Below, one piece after another: positions 1 to 7,803 of a DNA stretch of 64,000 bases. Position numbers and translations under genes: made by a program. The stretch comes from Dehalococcoidia bacterium (GTDB lineage Bacteria; Chloroflexota; Dehalococcoidia; Lucifugimonadales; UBA3495): the NCBI GenBank assembly GCA_965207585.1, contig CBDBMT010000002.1, positions 244,255-308,254 of the forward strand, in the 5' to 3' direction. The notes beneath the pieces are model-generated. The model was not told the origin of the DNA. It did not search any database and saw only the letters and a program-made list of their open reading frames with translations. Positions within the stretch are counted from its first letter, which is position 1. The number at the start of each line of letters is the position of its first letter.

Positions 1-17
1 TGATTCGCCAAAGCGAG

Positions 18-320
18 TTGCTCACTAGTCACATCGCGGAGCATGATGATCTCCCACGACTGTTGGGCGGGGTGATTTCCGATGCCCTCGCTGAACAGGC
101 AGCGCATTATGAAGCTGCGCTTGGAAATGCTCGCATGGAGATGAAAACAGCCTACGATGACGCGCTGGCGAAAGCCAAAGAGCGGCTGGATCAAGACTAC
201 GAAAAGGCCGTCTGCAGAGTCTCGGACCAAGCCCGGCAGTTCCGCAGACGTCTCGTCGTCCTGGCGTCCAGTGCGGTTGTGGTAGCGGTGGCGGCGGTTG
301 TTGTCGCAATCTTGGTCTGA
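18..320 (+). CDS. hypothetical helical protein with C-terminal transmembrane anchor; the frame stays open to the window edge, so it is probably 5'-truncated here
   Basis: ORF track. Charged helical N-part and terminal hydrophobic run LVVLASSAVVVAVAAVVVAILV. Its stop lies 11 nt before the next ORF. Confidence 0.4.
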   Translation: MLTSHIAEHDDLPRLLGGVISDALAEQAAHYEAALGNARMEMKTAYDDALAKAKERLDQDYEKAVCRVSDQARQFRRRLVVLASSAVVVAVAAVVVAILV

Positions 321-331
321 GGTCCGCAGCC

Positions 332-1465
332 ATGAGTATGCACTCGCTCCAGTTGCTACCAGCTTTACAGGAACTACCTGTAACGGACGACAGTCGTCGC
401 TCCGTCCGGCAGGTAATAGAAGACTTCGCTTGGACAGACACGGCTTTGCAGGCGGCCGAGTTCACGGCGTCGGTATCGTTTGCGATGTGGGGCATTTGGG
501 ACCAGGTCAACGTAGACGACACGTTGGTGCGTGCTTACAACGCCCAGTACCCAAGCTTGGCTGCCGACCGCTCGCTGCACGAACATTGGTCGTTGATGAA
601 CGAGCAGGGACCCGCATCGGCGCAGGGCTTTGTCAATGGCGTGAAAGGGAAGGTAGCAGAGCTCAACTTCGCTCGGAGCCTCGAAGAGCAGGGTTACACC
701 AACGTCGCCTTCGCTGCCGACCCAACCCAAGAGATTTGGGACATTTCTTCGTTCAACCCGATGGGGGACCTCGAGCTGTGGCAGGTCAAAGCGGTCGGTG
801 CCGAAGCGGCTGCTGAGGTGATGAACTCAATGTTCGACGATCCCGACGTACTTTTTGCCGTCAGCTCGGAAGCGTTTGAAAAGATGGCCAACCTTACCCC
901 AGAACTCATTGACCAGATGGTGGACATCGGTTCCACCATCGAACTGGAAGAGGGCGTCACCGAGGGCTTGGATCTGCTGAGCGACAACCTAGGCATAGAC
1001 GTGCCCGACAGTCTCGGGGAAATCCTGCCATACGCTGGCGCGATCATCGCTGCGGCGCGGCTCATACGGGGAGCCATCAGTACGGAGCAGCAGTTCAAGG
1101 CTGTTGACCGGACCGACAGGAACAAGCTTCAAGTCGTACAGGCACTGACGTTGATGGCAAGAATGGGCATCAGCACAGTGCTGGCGACCGCAGGCGGAAT
1201 GGGTGGCGCAGCCATTGGTACCGTTTTGCCGGGCGTGGGGAACTTGGTGGGAGCGGTCACTGGCGGGCTGGCAGGAGCAGGCCTCGGGATGTACTTGAAC
1301 AGACACCTCCAGCCGCATATGCTCGGTCTCGCGTTGGACATCACGGGCCTGACCAAAGATGACCTGTTCTACTTCAAGAACAAACCCAGCATCGACCAGA
1401 CGGCGTGGTCGATCAAGAGGGCGGCAGACGAGTTGTCATCGAGACCTATGCTGGTGCCAGCATAG
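332..1465 (+). CDS. hypothetical protein: Mrr/PD-(D/E)xK-like nuclease-fold block fused to a glycine-zipper membrane segment
   Basis: GKVAELNFARSLEEQGYTNV...IWDISS...LELWQVKA resembles the E/D/QxK core of restriction-endonuclease-like folds. C-terminal GGMGGAAIGTVLPGVGNLVGAVTGGLAGAGLG is a glycine zipper. Confidence 0.5.
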   Translation: MSMHSLQLLPALQELPVTDDSRRSVRQVIEDFAWTDTALQAAEFTASVSFAMWGIWDQVNVDDTLVRAYNAQYPSLAADRSLHEHWSLMNEQGPASAQGFVNGVKGKVAELNFARSLEEQGYTNVAFAADPTQEIWDISSFNPMGDLELWQVKAVGAEAAAEVMNSMFDDPDVLFAVSSEAFEKMANLTPELIDQMVDIGSTIELEEGVTEGLDLLSDNLGIDVPDSLGEILPYAGAIIAAARLIRGAISTEQQFKAVDRTDRNKLQVVQALTLMARMGISTVLATAGGMGGAAIGTVLPGVGNLVGAVTGGLAGAGLGMYLNRHLQPHMLGLALDITGLTKDDLFYFKNKPSIDQTAWSIKRAADELSSRPMLVPA

Positions 1466-1614
1466 GTCCATGCTTGAACGGGTGATGTTGCGTCGGTGTG
1501 CTCATCTGTCTTTGATGTCTATCTTGCTGACGCGAAAACGCGCCACACGGTGCGTTTGGTGGCGAAGCGTGGCTGGAAACGGCGGTGCCGGGTGGTTGCG
1601 ATTCGCGAGGCGTG

Positions 1615-2076
1615 TCATCCAGGTTCTGGTTCTTCGTACCTTACATACATTCCCTGAGCCCTCACGTGGGCGGAAACCACTTCCGGGCTGGCTTTGTCGC
1701 CCTCGGTGGCGATGTTGCGCATCTCCACGTAGATGGATGCTTGGATGAAGGCGTCTACGGGCTCGTATGCCCGGTAGCTTTGGTAGCAGACCACTCCTTG
1801 TTCGGGCCAGTGGCCGGGAGCTACGCAGTGAGCGCGTTCAGGGTTGTCCAGCATGGCTTGTTGCACTTGTTCCCACGCTGGTGCGGGCAGGTCGGTTTGC
1901 CGGCGAGCGTGCCGGAAGGTGTCGTGAGCCAGGGCCGCGTGATTGGTTGTCAGGTAACGTTCTGCGATGTCTTCGGCTTGGGCTTGGTGCCGGGTTGGCG
2001 CGGGGAGTGTTCCGTCGCAGTGCGGAACGGCTGCGAGCAGTGAGATGGTGAGAAGCGCAATGACTGACAGGGCCAT
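1615..2076 (-). CDS. hypothetical secreted protein or lipoprotein
   Basis: N-terminal signal-like MALSVIALLTISLLAAVPHC. No recognisable catalytic motif. Confidence 0.4.
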   Translation of the reverse strand: MALSVIALLTISLLAAVPHCDGTLPAPTRHQAQAEDIAERYLTTNHAALAHDTFRHARRQTDLPAPAWEQVQQAMLDNPERAHCVAPGHWPEQGVVCYQSYRAYEPVDAFIQASIYVEMRNIATEGDKASPEVVSAHVRAQGMYVRYEEPEPG

Positions 2077-2239
2077 TTGGGTTGACTTGATTCTGCTGGC
2101 TGGCTGCGTGGGCTTTATTCGGTGGTTGCGTTCGGGGCTTCATCGTGCCTGTTCTCGGGCTGCTTGGCAGATGCTGACGGCGGCTTCCTTCCAGGCTGGG
2201 CTGGTTTTGCGGACAGGCTTGATTCGCGCGCCGTTGTTG

Positions 2240-2800
2240 TCAACAAGGCCGAGTTCGTCCATGTCGGTATTGCGGCGGCTGGTGCGGCTGTTCTTGGAAC
2301 TGTTCCGGGATGCGTGCCGTGTCTTTTAGTCGTGCGGCTTCAGCGACTTCGGCGGCGGCGTGGCCGGCGAGCAGTTGGTCGAGGATCATGCCGTCGAGTG
2401 GGGACATGCAGGTGTACCTGCCTTGGAGACCGGCGGTTTTCATGACGGACGATATTTCTTGGGTGATGACGTCTTCGTCGAAGTAGTTGTAGACGCGGCC
2501 TTCGCCCGTGAACTTGCGGGTCGTGGACTCGATGCGGCAGGCTTGCCAGAATAGCCGGACGGTTTCGGCCGACACTTGGGCTGGGGGCTTGCCTTCGTCT
2601 CTCCGGAAGTGGAGCTCGGCGGAGCCGTCGGGCCGGTACTCGAAGTCGTTCCAGCGCACGTCGTCGGTGTCTCGTGGAGTGAGGTAGGCGTCGCGCATCA
2701 GGGCGATCATGGCGACGTTCTGGGCGGTGTATAGCTGGCGCCTTTTTTCGGCGTGGCTGGCGCGTATGTCGGCGGTGTTGGCCAGCAGCTGGTCGAGCAC
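2240..2800 (-). CDS. hypothetical protein, weakly tyrosine-recombinase-like but lacking obvious catalytic residues
   Basis: GTG start. The layout ...LTPRDTDDVRWNDFEYRPDGSAELHF...KTAGLQGRYTCMSPLDGMILDQLLAGH... loosely follows an integrase catalytic-domain pattern. Confidence 0.3.
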   Translation of the reverse strand: MLDQLLANTADIRASHAEKRRQLYTAQNVAMIALMRDAYLTPRDTDDVRWNDFEYRPDGSAELHFRRDEGKPPAQVSAETVRLFWQACRIESTTRKFTGEGRVYNYFDEDVITQEISSVMKTAGLQGRYTCMSPLDGMILDQLLAGHAAAEVAEAARLKDTARIPEQFQEQPHQPPQYRHGRTRPC

Positions 2801-3105
2801 TGGCCGGGTGATGGGATCGGGCCTGAGCCTTCTTTAGACCATGGCGAATGGTGGCAGCGTCACTTGGTTGCTCCTTTGGGCCTTGTGTTTACTCGAGCAT
2901 CCATGATGGACATACGCATTGTCCGGGTGGCTGTCGGCACTCGGCGCAGGCGATGGGCGTCCATTGTGGTCAGCCGCAGTCGCAGAGTATGTACGGGTAG
3001 CGGCATGGTGAGCCGTGCTGGCCTGTGGGTGATCGCAGCTGGCGTAGCCGTCGGTGGCTGGGCTGCGGAGCTGCATAGTGGCTTCGGTGTAGAAGGGCAT
3101 GGGGA

Positions 3106-3567
3106 TTACCTCGGCGTTTTGTCCATGGAGCAGGCTGCGTCCTGGTCTGTGATGGTGACGGCTTCTGGGTCGAGGACGACGAGGCAGGTGTTTTTCCGGC
3201 CGCCGTAAAGGTCGGCCCAGTAGGCGCGGTATCCCATGTCGTGCGCCAGCTTGGTGGCGGCTTCGTGGTACTCGGCGCGAGCCTTCCGGCGGTAGCCGTT
3301 TGCTTCGTCGGCCTCTACTTGGGTCATGGGCCGGCGTTCGTCGACCATATCGAGATACTGGCCGAACATTGGGGCCAGCGGCATCAGCGGGGCGCCTTCC
3401 GGTAGGTGTATTTTTGCTCGGATGACTCGCGGCGGTCCGTCCTGTGTTGACGGCTGCTGATATGAGCCGGACTCGGCGAATTGGCTGGCGATGTGCGCCT
3501 CGCGGGTGAAGCAGGTGCTGGGCTGAGGCATGTCAAACGGTGCGGCTCGGGTTCCCTGCATCCACAC
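3106..3567 (-). CDS. hypothetical protein
   Basis: ORF track only. Same strand as its neighbours in an apparent operon. Confidence 0.3.
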   Translation of the reverse strand: MWMQGTRAAPFDMPQPSTCFTREAHIASQFAESGSYQQPSTQDGPPRVIRAKIHLPEGAPLMPLAPMFGQYLDMVDERRPMTQVEADEANGYRRKARAEYHEAATKLAHDMGYRAYWADLYGGRKNTCLVVLDPEAVTITDQDAACSMDKTPR

Positions 3568-3743
3568 AAGGTGGCGCGCTGGTGTGGTGGAAACGTGCGA
3601 TTACGCCGGCTTTCCGGTGGCAATATCGACAGGTGCCGGTTGCCGATTTCAGTAGGTTGGATAGTGGCATGATGGCGTGCCTATTCATCGATTGTCTCGT
3701 GTCTTGGGCACCATGCGTTCGAAGGACGATGATTTGTTTCCTG

Positions 3744-5050
3744 TCATGCGCTTGCTTGGCCGCGGGTGACGACTCGGGCCGTGGTTGGCGCGGTTCGCGG
3801 AGTATCGGCCATGATTTGGCCCACGGCGGTGGGCTCGGTGGCGTCTGAGCCGTAGATCTTGCTCAGTTTGGCCTCGACTTGGCCGGCTTGCCGGCGCTGC
3901 TGGGCTATTCCCGACCCGAAGGCCACCGTCGTGTTCGGGAAGGCGCTGCGGAACTCGTCTCGGCGCAGGAGGTCTTGCACCTGTTCGTCCAGTATTGCGG
4001 TGGTGGGTTCGTCGAAGGGCAGGCTGAGCAGGATGGCTTGTTCCTGCTCGGTGTTTGCAGTGTGTGCTATTTCGGCGGTGTAGGTCCGGGATTGCGGGCC
4101 TGGCTCGGCGAGTTTCCATACTGCTTCGGTCAATTCTGCTGCGGTCTCGTTGATGCTTGAGCGTTCCTCCATTCCGTCGTGCGGCTTGGCGCTGCGGTTG
4201 AAGAATGCGCGGCGTTGGCGTTGGCCGCGCTCTGCGTTTTCGCGGAACGGGATGCGGTTCTGGCTGATGGCCAGGAACCGGTTTCCGGCCTGTTCGTGGC
4301 CGGCGACCAGCTCAGTGGGGCGGCGTACGCTGACGTCGCGTACGGCGGCGAGTTCTGCGGCCGTCAGGGCTTCAATAGCCAAAGCGTCGATGGTGGGCGG
4401 GTCGCCAAAGGCGTTGTCGCTGAGCAGTACTGGGGTTGCTGGTCCGATGCTGGACAGCAGCTCTTCCCACAGGCCGTAGTCTCGGAGGTTGCGTTCGAGC
4501 GCCGGTTCGGCAGGTATTGCCACTACCGGCAGCATGGCGGCTGCAGGGAATGTCTCCTCCAGCATGCGGTAGACGACATGCCCCAGGCGCACGTGTCCGC
4601 CAAAGCCGAGAAAGACGATGACCAGCTGTGCGCGTGATCCTGAGCGGCTGACGATGGCGCGGGCTTCTTCGAGCATGTGCTCGAGGTCGGCGCCCACGGC
4701 GGCTTGGTGTTGCATCCAGGCGTCGGGGCGGCGCAGGAACCCGTCGCTGAAGGGAAGGAACTCCTGCGTGACCGTGATTTTGTCAGCGCCGGCGTGTTGC
4801 ATTGCGGGCAGCCAGTGGCGCAGGTTCGCGGAATTCAGGTCATAGGCGATTATGGCGCTGACGCGGTGGCTGATGCCGTATTCCTGGCTGGCTTTCCAGT
4901 AGCGGCAAGGCGGTTCAGTGCGGCAGAGCCGATGCCGGCGACGACGACGGGTGATGGGTCCTCGTCCTGGGTTTCGATGCTGCCGAGGCTGGCCACGCGG
5001 CCGCGTGCGTCGTAGGTGGTGTTTTGCTTCTTTCCGATGCCGAATGGCAT
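3744..5050 (-). pseudogene. FtsZ/tubulin-superfamily-like gene with a degenerate GTP loop and an apparent frameshift near 4900-4915
   Basis: AAGGAGG lies 5 nt before the ATG at 5050. Frame 1 gives ...VVVAGIGSAALNRLA; frame 2 continues RYWKASQ...VSAIIAYDLNSANL...LVIVFLGFGGHVRLGHVV...VVAIPAEP...VLLSDNAF. The blocks are collinear with FtsZ IKVIGVGGGGGNAV / AVNTDAQAL / AAGMGGGTGTGAAP / VVTKPF / IPND. Confidence 0.5.
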
Positions 5051-5124
5051 GCCGGCCTCCTTATGGTTGTTCCAACTGAAGTGGTTGCTGGGGTCGTGGA
5101 CGCCGTTGCAAACGGCGCAGTAGG

Positions 5125-5397
5125 TCATGTTGGGACCTTTCCTTGCTTTGGCTGCGTGGCGCGCTTTTCGGGGCGTCGGTGGCTTTCCATGAATTCGAGT
5201 GCTGCCGCGGTGACGGCTGGATGAGTTCGGCCGCAGTAGAGGCACGTGTCGTTGCCGTAACCGGAGGTGTACCGGTGCGGGCACTCGATGGAGGGTAGTG
5301 CCTTTTCTGGGGGCTGCCAGCGTATGCTGAAGCGGTTGCCGACGGCTGGCGTGCTGGTGTGTTCCACTGGCGTATGGATTTGGGCGTTTTGGCTCAT
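5125..5397 (-). CDS. hypothetical small Cys/His-containing protein
   Basis: Internal ATG of the long 5125..6255 read-through ORF. Contains ...ECPHRYTSGYGNDTCLYCGRTH... Confidence 0.25.
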   Translation of the reverse strand: MSQNAQIHTPVEHTSTPAVGNRFSIRWQPPEKALPSIECPHRYTSGYGNDTCLYCGRTHPAVTAAALEFMESHRRPEKRATQPKQGKVPT

Positions 5398-5426
5398 GGT
5401 GTGGGGTTTTCCTGGATTGCAGTTGA

Positions 5427-5648
5427 TCAGACCGTCGAGGCGTTGTTTGCTCGCGGGTAGGTTCTGATGAACAGCTCCGTCATCTCTTGATTGCGTTCTG
5501 CGATGTTGTCCTCGTCCCACTTTTCTCTGGGGATTGCGGTTAGGGCGGCGCTCATGCGGGTTGAACTGTTGCGGAGCTCCGCCATTTTCATTTGCCAATC
5601 CAGATTTTCGATGTTCCGGCTGTGTTGACTCTTGATGATGGTAGTCAT
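5427..5648 (-). CDS. hypothetical small helical protein
   Basis: ORF track. Locally lower GC and charged helical composition. Confidence 0.3.
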   Translation of the reverse strand: MTTIIKSQHSRNIENLDWQMKMAELRNSSTRMSAALTAIPREKWDEDNIAERNQEMTELFIRTYPRANNASTV

Positions 5649-5814
5649 GTTGCCGATTTTGCCGGCGGCTTCTCGTCGTGATTCCCGAGTGGGGCGGCGG
5701 CGTGCCGAGGGGTACGAGGACCATGATGCTTCGTCGTTGGGGAAGAGCAGCAGTGACTCGAGGCGATTTCCCTACTCCGACTGCACCGAGGTGCAACAAG
5801 ATCCAACAGGCAAT

Positions 5815-5995
5815 CCGCTTGCGGCCGAGTCGCTCGGCAGCGATGGCGACATAGGCGCAGCCAGCGAAACAGTCCAGTACGATGCCGTCCTCGGGGCAGG
5901 ACGCCTTGATGATGCGCTCGGCAAGGGCGACGGGCTCCTGGGTGGGGTAGCCAGTGCGTACACTGGACGAGTTAGGTATGTGAGGAACATCATCC
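5815..5995 (-). pseudogene. C-terminal fragment of a beta-class (DPPF-type) DNA methyltransferase, paralogous to 40246..42069
   Basis: DDVPHIPNSSSVRTGYPTQEPVALAERIIKASCPEDGIVLDCFAGCAYVAIAAERLGRK aligns with DLWLGIPATKGIERTGYPTQKPVALAERIIRASCPEDGVVLDCFAGCAYVAIAAERLGRN in the intact gene. Confidence 0.75.
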
Positions 5996-6087
5996 CATCT
6001 AAAACTTTGAAAAGGACTTGGAGGGCAGGACATACGCTTTGGCTTCTGCTCGTCCTTGGGTTTCCCATTTTTGGCCTGCGATGTTAC

Positions 6088-6129
6088 AAAAAACTCCCGC
6101 CGGTCAGTTTGGCGACGGCCCGACGGGAG
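6088..6129 (-). terminator. intrinsic-terminator-like hairpin followed by U6 (minus-strand reading)
   Basis: Stem CTCCCGCCGG...CCGACGGGAG has one mismatch. The adjacent A6 on the plus strand (6088-6093) reads as T6 after the stem on the minus strand. Confidence 0.45.
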
Positions 6130-6148
6130 TTGAAGGAGGAATGTGCTG

Positions 6149-6358
6149 ATGAATGACTTGTGCCGAATCTTGGTAGCGGTTTTTGGATCGCTCGCTGCGT
6201 TTTTCACTGCAGCAAGCATTGTGATCTTTTTGTATTGTCGCAACTCGGACTTCACTCAATTGACGACTGAGCAGTGCGTTGCGCTTCTAGTGCTGTGTCT
6301 TGCGGTGGCTGCGATATGCGCCGTAACCGTCGTACTTCTCGTACGAGCAGGTAAATAG
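6149..6358 (+). CDS. small two-TM membrane protein, hypothetical
   Basis: GGAGGA at 6135-6140 lies 8 nt before the ATG at 6149. Two hydrophobic helices. Sits in an AT-richer insert inside the decayed methyltransferase. Confidence 0.4.
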   Translation: MNDLCRILVAVFGSLAAFFTAASIVIFLYCRNSDFTQLTTEQCVALLVLCLAVAAICAVTVVLLVRAGK

Positions 6359-6437
6359 CCATCAGCATCAGGAGCATGACGAGCATCATCATCCCATGGA
6401 GCACCCAGTGGATAAGTTCGTTGATTCCGCAGTCCAT
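6252..6437 (-). CDS. small hydrophobic peptide with basic tail, antisense-overlapping 6149..6358
   Basis: GAGGA lies 6 nt before the ATG. TM run WVLHGMMMLVMLLMLMAIYLLV is followed by REVRRLRR. The terminator at 6088-6129 is downstream on the same strand. Confidence 0.3.
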   Translation of the reverse strand: MDCGINELIHWVLHGMMMLVMLLMLMAIYLLVREVRRLRRISQPPQDTALEAQRTAQSSIE

Positions 6438-6438
6438 T

Positions 6439-7080
6439 TTAATTCCTCAATGTTTGCACGTGGTTGATGTAGGCACCGCGGTTGGCGGCATTCAGGGGAT
6501 TGTCAGTCGTCCCTGAGATTTTTTTGACCGTGACGGTTGCCACCTGGGGACGCTTGCCCGGCGCGGTGGCTGTTGTGCGCTGGAGAGGAAGTAAGCGTAG
6601 CATTCGCTGATTGGGCTTTCGTCGCAGTTCACGGGTATGCCGGCTCATCAGGCGCTTGGCTGGCGCGCTGCGTTGCATCTCGTCCAGCGCGTCTTGGAGG
6701 CCGTCGAAGGCGACTATGTTGGCGGAGATGGGTTGAAGTCCGGCTTGCTCGCTCCAGTAGGAGAGGGATGGGTACCTCGCCGTTGCGGCGAGCAGCAGCA
6801 GGCTGTGTGTCTTGCCGCCGCCGTAGCGGCTGTACAGCTGGTAGACGGCCGGGGCGGTGCTGTCTGGTCCCTTGGCTACCTGGTCTGTGGCCATGTGCAG
6901 GAAGTCGGCGGTGGCCTTGGTGAGGTGGGTGGTGGCGAGGAAGTCGGTGGTGGAGTTGGGGCTTGCCAGTTCCTGGGCCAGGCCGTTGATGATGTCGGCG
7001 GCGTACTGATCGCCGGCTTGCCGGATGGGACGCGGCGGGCACGCGGTGAGCAGCGGCGTGAGGTTGGTCGTGTTGGTCAT
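6439..7080 (-). pseudogene. chimeric remnant: N-terminal fragment of a DUF499-like P-loop ATPase, read through into an N-terminal remnant of the methyltransferase
   Basis: Walker A context LYSRYGGGKTHSLLLLAATARY. The C-terminal DNPLNAANRGAYI matches MADNPLNAVNRGVYI at 40246. The sequence between is low-complexity read-through. Confidence 0.5.
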
Positions 7081-7172
7081 GGTATCCAGAACCTTGAAAA
7101 GTCTCTTCCTGGTGGAAGGCTTGCAACATTCTGGATTGTAATGACCGTTCCCCGTTTTGCCCCGGGAGCGCG
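7081..7172 (-). promoter_or_regulatory. conserved structured leader, copy A, ending 4 nt before the ATG at 7080
   Basis: About 90 nt nearly collinear with 40155..40245. Contains TACAAT, outer arms TCCAGAA/TTCTGGA separated by exactly 37 nt, and inner hairpin CTTCC-n4-GGAAG. Confidence 0.5.
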
Positions 7173-7196
7173 GTTGAACGCCGCTGTTCCTCGGTA

Positions 7197-7571
7197 GTGG
7201 CTACCGATTTTTCCAATGACGCGCTGTTCGATATTTGTTTGCCGGTACAGGCTACGCGGTTGGTCTTCCAAGTGCTCTTTGGGTGGTCCGGTTTCAACTG
7301 GAAACGCCTCCTGGGAGCGTTGTACTGCCCGGGAAGCGAAGTTTTCCTGGATGGTGGAGAGCGGTACTATGCGGCGAGATTCGAGACTACTGGAGAGCTG
7401 GGAGCTGTGAATACGAGACCGTCATTCTGTAGATGCAGCGTCTGTGGCTTACCGCTTGACCATCAGGGCAACTGCCCCGACATGTATGAGCATGTCAATG
7501 CGGCCTATGACGATGATGACCTGTACGACGACGATGTCCGGGATGACTTTGACCCGTTTGACGGCGATTGA
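7197..7571 (+). CDS. hypothetical protein with CxxC...C motif and acidic tail; true start uncertain
   Basis: ORF track. Contains CRCSVCGLPLDHQGNCPDMYEH and a D-rich C-terminus. The 5' part overlaps leader copy A. Confidence 0.25.
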   Translation: MATDFSNDALFDICLPVQATRLVFQVLFGWSGFNWKRLLGALYCPGSEVFLDGGERYYAARFETTGELGAVNTRPSFCRCSVCGLPLDHQGNCPDMYEHVNAAYDDDDLYDDDVRDDFDPFDGD

Positions 7572-7727
7572 TGCTGTTGCCGGCCGGCTCCTGTCATCAG
7601 AAGGCGTAATGGGGGCCGTTGAGGTAGACGCGGGTGCCGGCGCGCTGGTTCGGCCTTTTCGACGCCGATTTGCCTGGTGGCTTCGATGGCTCTGCGCTGG
7701 CTTCGGCCAACGCCGGTCGAGTGGCCG

Positions 7728-7748
7728 CCGTTTTGCCCCGGGAGCGCG
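7728..7748 (+). repeat. third, partial copy of the leader 5' box (CCGTTTTGCCCCGGGAGCGCG)
   Basis: Identical 21-mer at 7152-7172. Its reverse complement occurs at 40155-40175. Confidence 0.8.
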
Positions 7749-7803
7749 TTTCGTAGAGGTGATCACACCCGCCGATGATCGGTTGCATTCGGTTCAGTTA
7801 TCT

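Noticed and set aside
5125-6255. 376-aa minus-strand ORF
   Set aside because: It is a read-through chimera. Only about 60 aa match a methyltransferase C-terminus. The rest spans an AT-richer insert and unrelated sequence, so it is better described as a pseudogene fragment plus small ORFs.
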